From the NCBI RefSeq assembly GCF_001194135.2, contig NC_068999.1, forward strand, positions 20,304,449-20,364,720: 60,272 bases of DNA. The letters are read 5' to 3'. A program made the position numbers and the translations under genes. Origin of the DNA: Octopus bimaculoides. Lineage: Eukaryota. How positions within the stretch are numbered: the stretch's first letter is position 1; each line of letters opens with the position of its first letter. Shown piece after piece: positions 11,640-25,565 of the stretch. A model generated the notes under the pieces. That model saw only the letters and a program-made list of their open reading frames with translations. It was not told where the DNA came from and searched no databases.

Positions 11640-12679
11640 TGTATGTGTAATGTTCATATGGAATCGGCATACTATATGGTGTCACTGATATAGTTAGTGG
11701 AATCTGAAATCAAGCAGACAGGTTCCGTATTGACTGTCAATGGAATTTCACATACTGTTCTTGGAATAATCCTAACTGAGTGATCAAAATAATATAGTGT
11801 AATATGTGAGGAATTAATTATTGAGGGCAGAACTCATTTCCTTATTATATTTATAAAAACATATAAAGGCGTAAGTATTCTTGGGTGTATGTGTGTGGAC
11901 ATACGTCTATATATATATAAAGATTCGAATTCAATCGAGATATCTCGCTCATTTGGTAATTGTAGAGTAATGTTTAAAACAAACTTGAACAATCTGATTA
12001 CTTCCATTATAAGTTTCTCAAGTTATAAGGAAAATAAAATAAATGTTAAAAGGTTAATCGACTCTCGAAATCCAATCATTTCTTCTAATTCTTTATTATT
12101 TCTGTTTTGCTTTTATTTTAGAAAGACCTACCAGGAAGAGCATTGCTTAATATCCTATTGTTTAGGAAGAGTAGCTTTTGGGGAAAAAATACTTTTTCGG
12201 AATTTATCAAGTAATTTGTAATTTTCATTTTGAATTTAACCTTTTTGCAAATTCTTTACTTTTCATTTTCACTCAGAAAAAATATTTTTACGTAGCTTTC
12301 TGTTTGCCTTCAAGATAAAACTTAATGTAATTTCTTAATTTAGTATGCAAATTGGAAATTACGTTAGGCAAGAATATATATTTAACTGCGTTCGGTTATA
12401 TAATTATTAATAAGCACTCAGTGTTTAAATCGGTTAATAACCAGTGCAGTGTGGTACTGCAAAGCCTTAGGCAGTATCAATACTTTGAACTCACCAGAGG
12501 CATGACTCTAGTAATCTAAATTTTTTAGGTTTGTATATAAACACCGTAACTTAACTATAAGAAACTACAGTAATTGCAAACTAAGGATTTTACTTATACT
12601 CTACCAGTTGCAACTGCGGTCGATAAGAGTTCAATGAAATTGGATTGTACAAAAATGCATAACGCGAAGAATAAAAAAA

Positions 12680-13052
12680 TTACTCATTACTCTTTTATTT
12701 GTTTCCGTCATTTGACTGCGGCGACGCTGGAGCATCGCCTTTAGTCGAGCAAATCGACCCCAGGACTCACTCATTGTAAGCTTAGTACTTATTCTATCGG
12801 TCTCTTTGGCAGAACCGCTAAGTTACGGGAACGTAAACACACCACCAAGCGATGCTGGGGGCAAAGACATATACACACATACATATATACGACGGGCTTC
12901 TTTCATTTTCCGCCTACCAAATCCACTCACAAGGCTTTGGTCGGCCCGAGGCTATAGTAGAAGACATTTGCCCAAGGTGCCACGGAGTGGGACTGAACCC
13001 GGAACAATGTGGCTGGTTGGCAAGCTACTTACCACGAAGCCACTCCTGCGCC
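12680..13052 (-). mobile_element. Near full-length SINE, same family as 10007-10434, opposite orientation
   Basis: Reverse complement matches ggcgcaggagtggct...ggtaagtagcttgc...aaccagccacattgttccgggttcagtccc...gtcaaatgacggaaacaaataaaagagtaa. Confidence 0.9.
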
Positions 13053-13087
13053 TAGTGAAATATTATTGCAAATACATCATATTATTT

Positions 13088-13157
13088 GAGATAATTAACT
13101 AAGACTGGAGATTAACTAATACTTGAGTTTAACTAAGACTGAAGATTAACTAAGACT
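13088..13157. repeat. Minisatellite, ~17-bp unit (gagattaactaagactg) x4, degenerate
   Basis: Directly visible. Confidence 0.8.
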
Positions 13158-13359
13158 CGGAAATTATTATAATCGCGTTGTGCTATCCACTTTTCAAACA
13201 AATGGTAAATGCTCTGAGACACTATTTTCCATAACACAAGTATATTGTATGTATTATTTTCTGGAATCCTCATTTTCTTCTTTTCATTCATCGGACAACG
13301 GTTAAGTAATTTGTACAATTTATTGTGATCTCAAGTCCTCAATACATTCAAACATATAT

Positions 13360-13398
<39 letters not shown>

Positions 13399-16300
13399 TA
13401 TACACATATATATATATATACATATATATATACACACNNNNNNNNNNNNNNNNNNNNNNNNNNNNNNNNNNNNNNNNNNNNNNNNNNNNNNNNNNNNNNN
13501 NNNNNNNNNNNNNNNNNNNNNNNNNNNNNNNNNNNNNNNNNNNNNNNNNNNNNNNNNNNNNNNNNNNNNNNNNNNNNNNNNNNNNNNNNNNNNNNNNNNN
13601 NNNNNNNNNNNNNNNNNNNNNTATATATATATATATGTATACACGTGAATATATGCATATGTGTGTGTGTGTGTGTGAGTAGTATTATTGGCAGGAACCA
13701 ACTGAATAAAGGTATTTTCATAATAAAGACATCGATTTAGGTTCAAGAAGAGCATATTCCTGTATGAACAGTGTATATAGTCACTCACGCATATATCAAT
13801 GTACGTAAGGACTTATCCTACAATATACAGACAGATGCATATAAACAGATCAATATGCTCATCGATATAAATACACAGGTATATGTAAAATCATATACAG
13901 ATGTATTCCGTTTTGAAGTTTCAGAGTCCACTTTAAGTTTGTCATCCAACGTAGGAATTTCTGGTATGGTGTAAAATACTCAAAATGTATTTTCTTTGAT
14001 GCACAAATCAATGACATGAGGGAAATAACTGTTTTCTTCGGGTGGATGAAAATTCAAATCTAAAATTTAAGATTTAAGATTTGGCTCATCAGAGCGTAAA
14101 TCTTAGAATCATAGCTAGACCTTATTCATCGTCTCATCGTCCCCGAGAGGAGGGAGTCAAAACATATATTTGTTATGAATGAAAGCTTATACGTTAACTT
14201 TTGAAGAAAATGATTTTTTCTTGAAGTAACTGTTTTTTAACAACAATTAACAAACATACCTCCTTCCCTAATGTTAATTGTGTTTATCTCAACCGAAAAG
14301 AAATAGTCATATCTCCCTAAATTGTCACTGTATGGAAAATGCTTTTATGCGTACAATACTTCTAAAACGAAGGATAATCACGGTTGCAATATATTCGTTA
14401 ATAATTCCGCATTTTCAATGTTGACCGCGGGCTAAACAAGAACAAAAGACTGTCTCATTCTCTCGTATAACGATATTTGAACTAACAATTTCATTATTTA
14501 TGATTTCTATAGTTTTCATGACATTGAGAAAATGAAAAAGACCGAAAAGAGTAAATCATGATTCAAATACTTAAGAAAAATGATATCAATTCATTCCTCA
14601 GGCAAAATACAAAATAATGAAATTTTAGTTGGAATAAAATTGATTACTAAAACTTTAATGACTCCAATAAAGAGAGACAAACTTACCGATATGTATTTTA
14701 TTTAGATTTCGTTTTCACATTTCCAAAGTCATTTCCTTCCGTTTCTAAAATTTATTACTTCTTTGTATATATATATTTTTTTTTTATTTTTCATAGATGT
14801 TTTTTTATATTTATATTTCATTTTATGACACGCTTTTTCATTTCTATTTTATCTAATTGTATGTTTTTATTTGTATTGTATTTTATTGAATGATTTATAT
14901 TTCTATATTTAATTGCATGTGTTTTTATTCTTTTACGTTTCAGCAAAACATTTTCATTTCTTAAAAAAATATAGGAAATAATATATAAAGGCTCATGGTA
15001 AAAGTATGTATTTCTTTTATTTTAGTGTAATTTAAATAAATATGGTGAGGAAAATGACAGAACTCGAAGAAAACAATTAAATAAATATGAAAATAATGAT
15101 ATAACTAAAGTAATCTTTTACCCAGGCGATATATGAAAACTTCCATTATACAAAGTTCCCGACTACATGACCTATTGATGCTCCATTTAATTAATACTTC
15201 GTGCCTACATACTAAGGCCAATTGACATACGGTCACATGTCAGAGGTGATAGAGTCCATACGGGACTAGTTCGCGTGTCTATTTTATGAAGTGATATTAT
15301 ATGAACCAACTGTAATTGCATTTAAGGTCAGAGTTCGACGTGAGAAACCTTAACATTTTCCTCGTGATTATGATAGCATATAGAACTATGTATACATATA
15401 TACACGCTCAAATGCAATATGAAATAGTCATAGAAGTAATAGCAGGTTTCAACGCCCTTTTTTCAGAGTTTTTAACACGCGGAGGAAAGGAACAGTTAAT
15501 CTTAGAACAAAGATTAGTCTTAATTGTTTGCTAAGGATACGCAAGTGCAACTTAGTGGTATTAAGGGGAGTAGCTTCCAATTACGTATAGAAAGATTTAG
15601 GCACGTTGTTCGAACACAAAACCAGTACAAGCATATGATTTACAATAATTAGTTGAAGGTAGAATGCAAGCAGATCACATGACAATATTTTACCTTTGAA
15701 TAGCATGTTTGAAGCATTCTCCTGTCGATTTTTGAAATTCAGCCTATGGTAACTTTGTGTTTCAGAATTTCGGGATTGATTAAACAAATATAGGTTATGC
15801 TGTGGTGTAGACAACCTCTATATCATCCTCCGATTCTCTCCCATTTGCTCTCTTTGTGGTAGAAACTCTTAAGGAATACAATCCGCCACTTTTAGATGCC
15901 TGAGAAAAAAACACTATGTCACAACACGCCCCTGCCACTAAATAATGTGTTCAAGATCAATGTAATGGAAGAACTGGCCAAACAAGAATATCAGATAGTT
16001 GAACAAAGAACACCAGGTAAACTGCCATTGACTCAAATTTATCTACATGAATTTCAATTGTGAGCACCATTGATTTCCCATCACGTACCCAGGCATAGCT
16101 GTATTCAAATTTATATTATGTTACATTTAGAAAATCTAACGTAATATAGTGTCTATATTTTTCACATCACTCGCGCTCATACATATTTTTATGCCTGTTA
16201 AAACAAGTCGTTTTTGCGGTAAATTTCAATCTTAAACGCAATATATTTGACTTCAATGAGAGACTGCATGCAACCATAAACTGCATTATATTACATTATA

Positions 16301-16806
16301 CTACACTTTCAAGCTCATATTGCACACTAAATGTATGATTATATGGCAATATTTTTTAATGTTTATTTTGGAACATCACACGTCACATTTAATATTATGT
16401 AAAAAAGACTTCTAGTAGGTATAGATAAATTTCGTAGGTATAAATAAATTTTATGCAATCATAGGTATATAAGGATTTTTTGTGAATATGTATTTTAAAA
16501 AAGGAACATTGCATCATATATTTTAGTGATTTAACTGCATCATGAATTTATTAAAAACGATTTAATAAACAGCGAAAAAGTTGAAAGTACAGATAATGCT
16601 TAGGAATAGAAAGTAATTTGTTGATTTTTGTGCTCTTTTCCTAATGCCATGTTAAGTTTCAATAAAAATCTGGAAATAGTTTATATAATGTAGGGCCACA
16701 TTGCGCTTGCTCACAACGTCACGAAGGCAAACCTAACAAGTGAGCTTATAAATCGCAGTTCTGAATTTAACTCAAGCTATTGACAGGGTATACATTTTCA
16801 CCCAGT

Positions 16807-17940
16807 TTATTTTTCTCCAAAAAAATTATAGGAACTACCAGCAACATATTTAGTACTAAGGAGAATGTTACAGAGTCTGTTTAAAGAACGACAGGCTTCA
16901 TTAAACTGACATAATTGGCCAGCCGTTCGTAAAGCGGAAATTCTTAGGGGTGCTTCAACAGCACAATATACAAAAAAAATTGCAATCAATAGTAAGACTA
17001 AGGAAGCGGTTTGATTTTGTAGATCGTCACGTTTGATCAATAATCAATAAAACATATTTCTTAAAATATTTTTCAGCTAATATTGATAGAGGAATCTGCT
17101 GATGGAAGAAATATGTAACACAAATTGAAGGAGTAAAGAAAAAAAATGTTTACCAATGGAAGCCGAAACCATATTTCATGGTTGACTGTTTTTCGCCTAT
17201 TCCTTCTGTCTTCTTTCAAAACCTATGTCTACACCCACTCATACTTACATACAGAATGTTAAAATATGTTTTTTTTAAATATATATATAAATAAACTAAG
17301 CATAAAACTATTGTAGCTCGATTCAGTCGATCGATAATTTCGAGTGTTATTCCTTCTGGTTGTTTTAGGCCTTCAACTACTTTATATAACTGTTAACATC
17401 CAGACGTTCAATGATAATTTTAACAAAAAGTAAATAAATATATAAAATAGGCCTTCAAATTTTTAGAGTTGTCTTTACGTTCAATATCTACCTGGGAAAA
17501 CCGCTCATATGGAATATTCCAGTGACTTATAATGATGCAAACTGGTTCATTTGTAATTCATGATATTCCAACCTCAATTCATCATTGTAAAGTTGATTAG
17601 AAAACTCTTTATACATCAAGTTAGAATATGTCTGCTTATTAACCATTCCCCTTAGTAAACAAACTTGGAGACTTCAGCGTAAGGAAGGAGCCTCTACAGT
17701 TTTATAAAAACTGCTAAAAATAGCAGTTGATATCACAGCAAATTTAATTCCACCAGCTTTTTAAAACATTACTGTGAATTATTTGAACTGCTGTGTATAC
17801 AAAGATTGCCAAAATGGATGTCATATGGAAGGTTGAAAATCTTTCAATCTTAGGCCGCTTCATCTTCATGGAGAACGATCACAAAAAATTGAAGACATCA
17901 CTCATGACCCGACAATGAGAATAATATTTACATACATACA
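16807..17940 (-). pseudogene. Intronless class A (rhodopsin-like) GPCR pseudogene; TM6-ECL3-TM7 still open at 16807-17040
   Basis: ORF reads QNQTASLVLLLIAIFFVYCAVEAPLRI...CQFNEACRSLNRLCNILLSTKYVA..YNFFGEK*. Upstream broken frames give TM5-like LCYIFLPSA..INI (~17130), TM2-like KRPKIERFSTFHMTSILAIF (~17830) and TM1-like IILIVG..(N)VFNFL.IVL (~17910). The TM6-7 part is much better supported than the 5' extension. Confidence 0.6.
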
Positions 17941-18149
17941 TTCTTGTCCATACTCAAAGTGGTTAAGGTAAATTTCTTCCCTGATACGATAATACCAGGA
18001 TAAATGTATGTATCAGCTAAAATCATGGCAAATTATGATATTAACACGGAAGGCGTAGGCAGTACATCTTATTCAACTGAGTAAAACGAAAAACCGTTGT
18101 ATTCATTTTAGTTTTACTCCTTAATGTTGTCCATTATCTAAAAGCTGCG

Positions 18150-18347
18150 AGATAAGAGTATCGTTTGCACGGCGAGCAAAATGCTTTGCGGCTTTTCGTC
18201 CGTCCTTTCATTCTTATTTCAAATTCCGTCGAGCATTTTATACTTTTCTGAGTGGATAAAATAAGTATCAGTAGGGTATTAAGGTCGATGCAATCGACTT
18301 AACCTTTTCCCCAAAATTGCTGGCCGTGTGTCAAAATTTAAAACTAA
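18150..18347 (+). mobile_element. tRNA-derived SINE, degenerate
   Basis: atcgtttgcacggcgagcaaaatgctttgcggc...ggataaaataagtatcagt...ggtcgatgcaatcgactt...aaaattgctggccgtgtgtcaaaattt. Confidence 0.75.
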
Positions 18348-20234
18348 TGCTGTGTATTATGATGTGCCAAAACGTTTTGCTGAACTGCGACATCACCATC
18401 AGGATTCCACTGAATGACGTTATTTCCCAATACAGTGCAACTTCAGAAATGTATTTACGTCAGTATATGACATAAAAGTCTGCCCTCATTTGCAAATTTA
18501 TCATAATATAATTCTAATACATACGCATCTTGGAACTGTTAATAAATATAAGTGTGAGTTATTCACGGGTTATAATGGCAGTCACATTTTCCTCCCTCCA
18601 AGTCAGTGTTATAAACAACATTAGCTTTCTCTTCAAACAAGTTCGATATTCTGACCTCATTTAACAATGGGTTAAGTCAGGTGTTATTTCTATAAAGAAT
18701 GGCGTTCCTTTTGATGATTAAGCAACTGATATCTCAGCATTTAAACATTGAAACTCTACAGTTATATAGCTTAATTTGTTAGTTATATTGCTCGCAATAT
18801 TTTTAATGAACGTCCTTCTTCAAGCATTCGCTTATCATTTTCCTTGAATTTCTTTGAATTGTTCCGGCTAAACTTCTGTCAACATATCTGTTGTATGTAA
18901 AATGTTGATGTCAGTACTTGCATGAATAAATATAGTTCGGGATCGACAATAAAGACAATATAAGCAGAATCTTTATGTGAAATAAGGATATCAGTTAAAT
19001 TGAAGTGTCAAATGTCTCGGGAGATATTCCCTCAGTACATTTAGTTACGTGTTTTATGTTATCTGTTGCAAATGTGGAATGTGGTAAAGTAAAGTATTAA
19101 ACCAGTTTATAACCAGCTTCACGTTCCCAGGTTAACGAATAGGATGTTTTATTATAAATCCTTCAACACATTTATTGTTTTATTTGTTGAAAGATTTGTG
19201 GATAGTTTTCTTAAGCAATAGATATTGACACTCTAATCCAGCATAAGATATCAACGAAGAGATACAGAAGATTATTCTGTATTTATAGCAATTATCGACG
19301 TTCATGATATATATATATGCAGAGAATGGTGGAAGAATGAATTAGCAGAGCGACATAGAATAGGTTTCGAGGTATTCTGCGTTCAATCCCACCAACAGAC
19401 ATTTTGCCAATTTCGTCTTCCTGCGCTTTTAGAAGAAGTGCCATTTAAAAGTTGATGTCGATGTAACCAACTGTATCCCCAAAATGTATATATATATATA
19501 TNNNNNNNNNNNNNNNNNNNNNNNNNNNNNNNNNNNNNNNNNNNNNNNNNNNNNNNNNNNNNNNNNNNNNNNNNNNNNNNNNNNNNNNNNNNNNNNNNNN
19601 NNNNNNNNNNNNNNNNNNNNNNNNNNNNNNNNNNNNNNNNNNNNNNNNNNNNNNNNNNNNNNNNNNNNNNNNNNNNNNNNNNNNNNNNNNNNNNNNNNNN
19701 NNNNNNNNNNNNNNNNNNNNNNNNNNNNNNNNNNNNNNNNNNNNNNNNNNNNNNNNNNNNNNNNNNNNNNNNNNNNNNNNNNNNNNNNNNNNNNNNNNNN
19801 NNNNNNNNNNNNNNNNNNNNNNNNNNNNNNNNNNNNNNNNNNNNNNNNNNNNNNNNNNNNNNNNNNNNNNNNNNNNNNNNNNNNNNNNNNNNNNNNNNNN
19901 NNNNNNNNNNNNNNNNNNNNNNNNNNNNNNNNNNNNNNNNNNNNNNNNNNNNNNNNNNNNNNNNNNNNNNNNNNNNNNNNNNNNNNNNNNNNNNNNNNNN
20001 NNNNNNNNNNNNNNNNNNNNNNNNNNNNNNNNNNNNNNNNNNNNNNNNNNNNNNNNNNNNNNNNNNNNNNNNNNNNNNNNNNNNNNNNNNNNNNNNNNNN
20101 NNNNNNNNNNNNNNNNNNNNNNNNNNNNNNNNNNNNNNNNNNNNNNNNTATATATATATATATATACATATATTTATATATATGTATGTATATGTATGTA
20201 TATATGTATGTATGTATATGTATGTATGTGTGCT

Positions 20235-21053
20235 CAATAAAACTGAAAATTATTATGTCGAATGAAGATGATTGACAGAACAGCAGACTATGTAAGATAT
20301 TGCATTAAATTTCTGTTCCTATATCTAATTTACTTTTAGTTGATATTGTTTAACATTTTGATGAAAATCCGTTTCCATCTTTCACTATGAGACCCTGCAT
20401 GTGTGGGCATATGTAGTGACAGAAAAAATCCAGCAATGACGATTCAGGCAAATTTTATAATCATTAGGAAAATAAGCTACACACGATATATATATTGACA
20501 ATGACGTAAGGAGTTCCAACATTTTTCAGCAGAGTTCGACATTGAACTTTGAAAGTTCTATTATTTGAAAGGGTTTCGTTGGACAATGGTCATGTTGGAG
20601 CAAAGCGGAGGATAGTAGTAGTAAATTCTTGATTGCCTAATACCAATTTGTATTTCTAACTGCAACTTAAAGGTCAGTTTCCTAAAGTTCTATTGCATAG
20701 TATATCAATGCAAAATGACTTTGTGTCTCACTCAGCTGTTAAACGTACATTTTATTACACTGAAAAGGTTATATGTATTCTTGCTATCATAGGCACCATG
20801 TGCTAAAACTAAGAGAAAAATCTCGCCCGATTTGAATCCTAATGTATTACATATCAGGCAATTTAGGGGGATGGATTAAATAATACACGACATCTGAATG
20901 GCATGCAAAAGATTCAAAGCTGAGTTGAATTTGAATAGAAACTTGCTTGATCAAGGATCGGCATGGCTCTAAGTAAAACTATAAGACGTTATCTTTAAAC
21001 AACGGAGTATGCCATGTATTGTTCAGGAATAGATTGTGATCTTAATATGTAAT

Positions 21054-21113
<60 letters not shown>

Positions 21114-21123
21114 NNNNNNNNNN

Positions 21124-21181
<58 letters not shown>

Positions 21182-21652
21182 CATACAGAGATATGAAACT
21201 TTTATATGTATATTAAATTCACATATCTGCAAAGTTACGGAGATAAATCTGGTCTTCATGTCTTCGTTGTTTCTAAATGAGGATCTCCACTGATACCATT
21301 CACGTATCTTTACGTACATTAAAAAGAGATAAGAGTTGTTTGCAAAATTAATGTGTCGTTCAACGTCATTAATGATGTAAGTGAAAGTTGTATAACAAGC
21401 GCAGTAGTGCAGCAACATATATGATGAATGAAGCTTCTTTGGTCTGCAGTTCAACAGCCTATTAAATGGGCCATCCACAGGTCTCTTGAGTAATATAGAA
21501 ATGAGTATATTACAAATTGAAGTGGCTAGCATAATAGAAAACAGTAGACATCCAGTGAGACGAAACAATGCTATAGATTCGATCAGCGTCGGAATCAATT
21601 CAGTAATTGAACACATGCAATAATAATTAATATTCACTTTACATCCTCTCAT
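20235..21652 (-). pseudogene. Possible class A GPCR remnant split by a (CA)n microsatellite
   Basis: ORF 21652-21290 has TM1-like LLFSIMLATSICNILISILLKRP and TM2-like LHSSYMLLHYCACYTTFTYII. Weaker TM6-like IVIAGFFLSLHMP (~20420) and TM7-like IFIRHNNFQFY (~20250) lie further 3'. Confidence 0.35.
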
Positions 21653-22984
21653 TATTTACTCATGTGTATCAATGATATCGTCACGCGTCGGTGATTGGTT
21701 CATTAATATCCGAAGAATAAGACTATAATATTTATATATAACTTGTCAATAACAGTATGAAGAAATTAATAACAGCAATCACTGTAGATTTTAATTATTA
21801 GGAAGGTGGACAATTCTAGAATAAACAGTATCCGTTATAATTCAGGTTGTCTTATATAAACTGCTCACAATTTCCGAGTTTAAAAAGTTGTGCGCGTCAA
21901 TTGATTTCAAAAGTTTTCCCCAATAAATTTGGTTTCTACCATATAAAATCAGTATAATATAGTTTGAATCTTACATGCCATCACCAGAGACATCAGGCGG
22001 CGAATTAGTAGATTACTAGGAGTATGGAACACATTGGCGTTTTTCTTCTTCTTTTCTATTTTCTCTGTTTTAATCAGACCACAAGATGAGTTTGTCTTAC
22101 ATCAGATCGGTTTCGATATGTAACGTATCGATCAGTACTAAGATTTGAATCAGCTATATTATGTGTATTAAAATGTCATTAATATGACGGTCATGCGAAT
22201 AAGTTCACTTCCATGTTGTGGAAACGATGAGGAAAACAATACTACTTATAAAATAATAGAGTTGTTCTTATGGTTTTGCCCGTCGACTGCAATAGTGAAA
22301 CGGATGAAAGATCAATGTCTATACAACCACGACAATCTCATTCTTTTGAGTCTTTTTACGTTCATACATACTGTATTTTTAATTTTCTTAAGCATTCTGC
22401 TAGAGTTAAAAGGAAACATAATAGGATTTGGAGGACGTTTGACTACATGTTATTTCAAACTGATCGCGCAAGTGCATATTTCGTCGTTGAATCCTCAAAT
22501 AATTTATCTTCAATTATAGCAATTAATATGAAGTAAGAGTGTATCCTCCATTTTTCAAACCAACTGTCAAGTAAAACTTTGGTGCTTTATTTATGCGTTT
22601 GCCAGAGAATTGTAGTGAGAGAATATAAAAATTGTTCCTTATTCTCATCTTACAATATACATTTCGAAAAGACTGCCTGTTGCTATATACGAAAAAAGTG
22701 GTGGGCGAAATTCGATAAGCTTCTCTAGAAAAGCAAATTATTTTATCAACTCCAGAACGATGAAAATACTTACTGGTCGCAACAAGATTTCATATCAGAA
22801 TGTAAGGAGGTTATCTAAGTCGTACCTTGATAGAATATTTTGTAGGGCGGTGATTATTTATAGAATAAGTTGTTCACTTTTTTTAAATCGCCGCTACACA
22901 GAACAAAAATCTGTGATCTGCATAGATGATTTAGGTAAACTTTATAGGCAGGGACCTGCTTACTAGAAGCTGAAAGCGACACTA

Positions 22985-23955
22985 CCAGCGTGACAAGCTT
23001 ACAGAATCCGGACTAGGGAATTAGTTAAGCGAACGTTGACGGGGACAACTGTCAACAACAAATGGCGATTTGCCCATGTAAACGCGATTATAGTTCAATC
23101 GATTACGCTTAGTAAATCATTAGGAAGGAATAGGACAGAGGGAAGCTTAGAAACTTACAAGAGGCGCTTAAGAAAGGTATCGCAATTATTTGACGCTAAT
23201 CATGAAGGATCTATTGTATGATCTAAGGTGTGTGTTCTAAGAAAAGAGTGAAAGAAAGCAGCACAAAGGTTCCGTGTGGTAGTGGCTTAACGTGACAACA
23301 AGGCTAGAACAGATGTGCGCGACATTTCAGTAGCACTTTGTTCTAATGCTGGGAAGAATGACAAGCCGGAATGCAGGATAGACTTCAGTGCCTACCTCGA
23401 CGGCATAAAACAACTCTCATCAAGAGGCGCAGAGCCTTACGAAATGCCCATAACAGCACAAGAAAAACGGGATGCGAGGGTAGGCGGTATAGGGACAACT
23501 GGTTTGGATGATCGGTCACACGAGTTTTACTTTTATATTCCAAGCTTGTTTGGCGGCCTCTTAGCACATATCTACCGCAAGTGGAAGCAGAACAGAAAGA
23601 ATTCCAACTTTTATGAGTTGAAGAAAATGGTACTGCTGAAAAAGAACCCTAACAAGGGAGATCACTTAGAAAATGTTAGGCCCATAACGCTGCTGAACAC
23701 AGAAAGTGCAAGCTGTAGGTTGCAGGAGGATGGTATGGAGAGGGCATTTGCTCTAGTGGTCAGAGTGACCTGGTTTCGCGGCGTCTTCATAAGCATGCTA
23801 AGAAGTCTCCCTCTTTTAGAGAATTATTCATTGTTATGATTTTATATCGTTACTGTGCTTTTCCCCTTTTTACACGCCTTTTATATCAGCCAACATTTTA
23901 TTGTCTGGTACCGTCCTTGAATATTTTGTGAACCTTTATTGATTAAAACAGAAAA
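22985..23955 (+). mobile_element. Tx1/L1-clade LINE fragment: EN-RT linker and RT N-terminus joined to a 3' UTR
   Basis: ORF 23315-23839 reads FSAYLDGIKQLS...MPITAQE...GLDDRSHEFY...LFGGLLAHIY..W.QN...LLKKNPNKGDHLENVRPITLLNTE, the canonical K.PG.DG...EFY and RPI.LLN.D RT motifs. The tail gtaccgtcctt...tgtgaacctt...aaaacagaaa resembles 58050-58090. Confidence 0.8.
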
Positions 23956-23957
23956 CA

Positions 23958-24112
23958 TTCTTCTTCATCTTTTCTTTCTTCTTATTCCCCTTCTCCTTCT
24001 TCTACTCCTTCTTCTTCTTCTCCTTCTTCTCCTTCTCCTTCTTCTTCTCCTCCATCTTCTTTTTCTTCTTCTTCTTCTTTTTCTTCTTCTTCTTCTTTTT
24101 CTTCTTCTTCTT

Positions 24113-24174
<62 letters not shown>

Positions 24175-24206
24175 CATTATTATTATTATTATTATTATCA
24201 TTATTA

Positions 24207-24268
<62 letters not shown>
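23958..24268. repeat. Compound microsatellite (TTC/CTC)n then (TAT)n
   Basis: Directly visible; it explains the poly-Leu/Ile/Arg ORFs. Confidence 0.95.
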
Positions 24269-25012
24269 TGAAAACTCAACTCAGCTTATTTGACTGGGTA
24301 TGGTGTTTACTGGTCATGTTTCAAAAATTCTGCGAATAATTCTTGCAGTTTCAAGGAATGCTGATTTTTCTAGGTGCTCTATCTACACATTTGCACGTAT
24401 CTTTTTCAGTCACGTTGGTAGTTGAGTGTTGATACTTTCAAGTGCACCAATTACTATTGGTATCAGGTCTACTCCTCTTCATTGTCCACGACCTTCGTAC
24501 TTCAAATCGACATAGTTGTTTATTTTATTCTTTTTCTTTCACACTGGTCCTGTTGTCACCGGTGCATGCTATGTCGATTATCCTACATGTTCTTTCTTTT
24601 TTCGTTCACCACAACAATGTCCGATTTCTGATGTCTAGTTAGGAGAACGGACTGGATCATTGCATTCCACAGAATTTTGCTCGTACCCCGTCTTTGCTCT
24701 TTGTAGACCATGATTTCCACAGAGCTCCCAATGGATCATTCTGGCCACATTCTCATGGCGTCTTTTGTGTTCGTGGTGTACTCATTTCGGGCATTCGCTC
24801 ACGATGTTCCATACTGTTAAACCGCTCTCACCACGCATTCTGTATTTGTCGCTGTAAGTACTGTTGTCTGTTCTGAACTTCGTATAGTTGTACCTCAACG
24901 CTTATTCTCGAGCTGCAATTATGAGCGCTTCTGTGTTTATCTTCAAGTCATTCCTCCTCATCCGTAGCCACCGGTCCTCTGTACCGGTCTTTGCCTTTAC
25001 ATCCCTTGCAAA
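24269..25012 (-). mobile_element. R4/Dong-type non-LTR retrotransposon 3' end (zinc knuckle and RLE endonuclease), ending in (TAA)n
   Basis: Broken frames read TEALIIAA.E, IVSECPK...KRRHENVARMIHWELC, DIVVV...CRIIDIAC.GD, YVDLKYE, LIPIVIGAL and LETARIIRRIFET* (stop 24316-24314), followed by a ~45-nt UTR and (ata)n. Confidence 0.85.
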
Positions 25013-25342
25013 CTAAGAGTACAATTTATTTTCCTTTCCTTTTTTTTTTTTTTTAGTAATTTTTGTTTAAATTTTTATTTACTCATACAATTTTCAGTCT
25101 TGATGACGCCGGCCATTTTCGTATATTTCAACAGTGGTTCACAGCATTATATATATACAACCCTAGGCTGTTTTCCTTTGATTCGAAACAGTCCTGGAAA
25201 CTAATCAAACCTCACCGACACTTTCTTTTGGACAAGTACAGCCTACCGGTGTCACTCTTAGAGTGGGAGTCTCCGTGTACTGTGAACGTTTCTATGGTCT
25301 TGGTATCCATTTTCTTCATTTCTATTATTATTATTATTACTA

Positions 25343-25379
<37 letters not shown>

Positions 25380-25399
25380 CATTATTATTATTATCATCA

Positions 25400-25565
<166 letters not shown>

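Noticed and set aside
15380-15814. GPCR-like words on the minus strand (ILSCDLL, HIAFERVY)
   Set aside because: The distance between the TM2-like Asp and the ER motif is ~90 codons, far more than the ~50 expected; likely chance.
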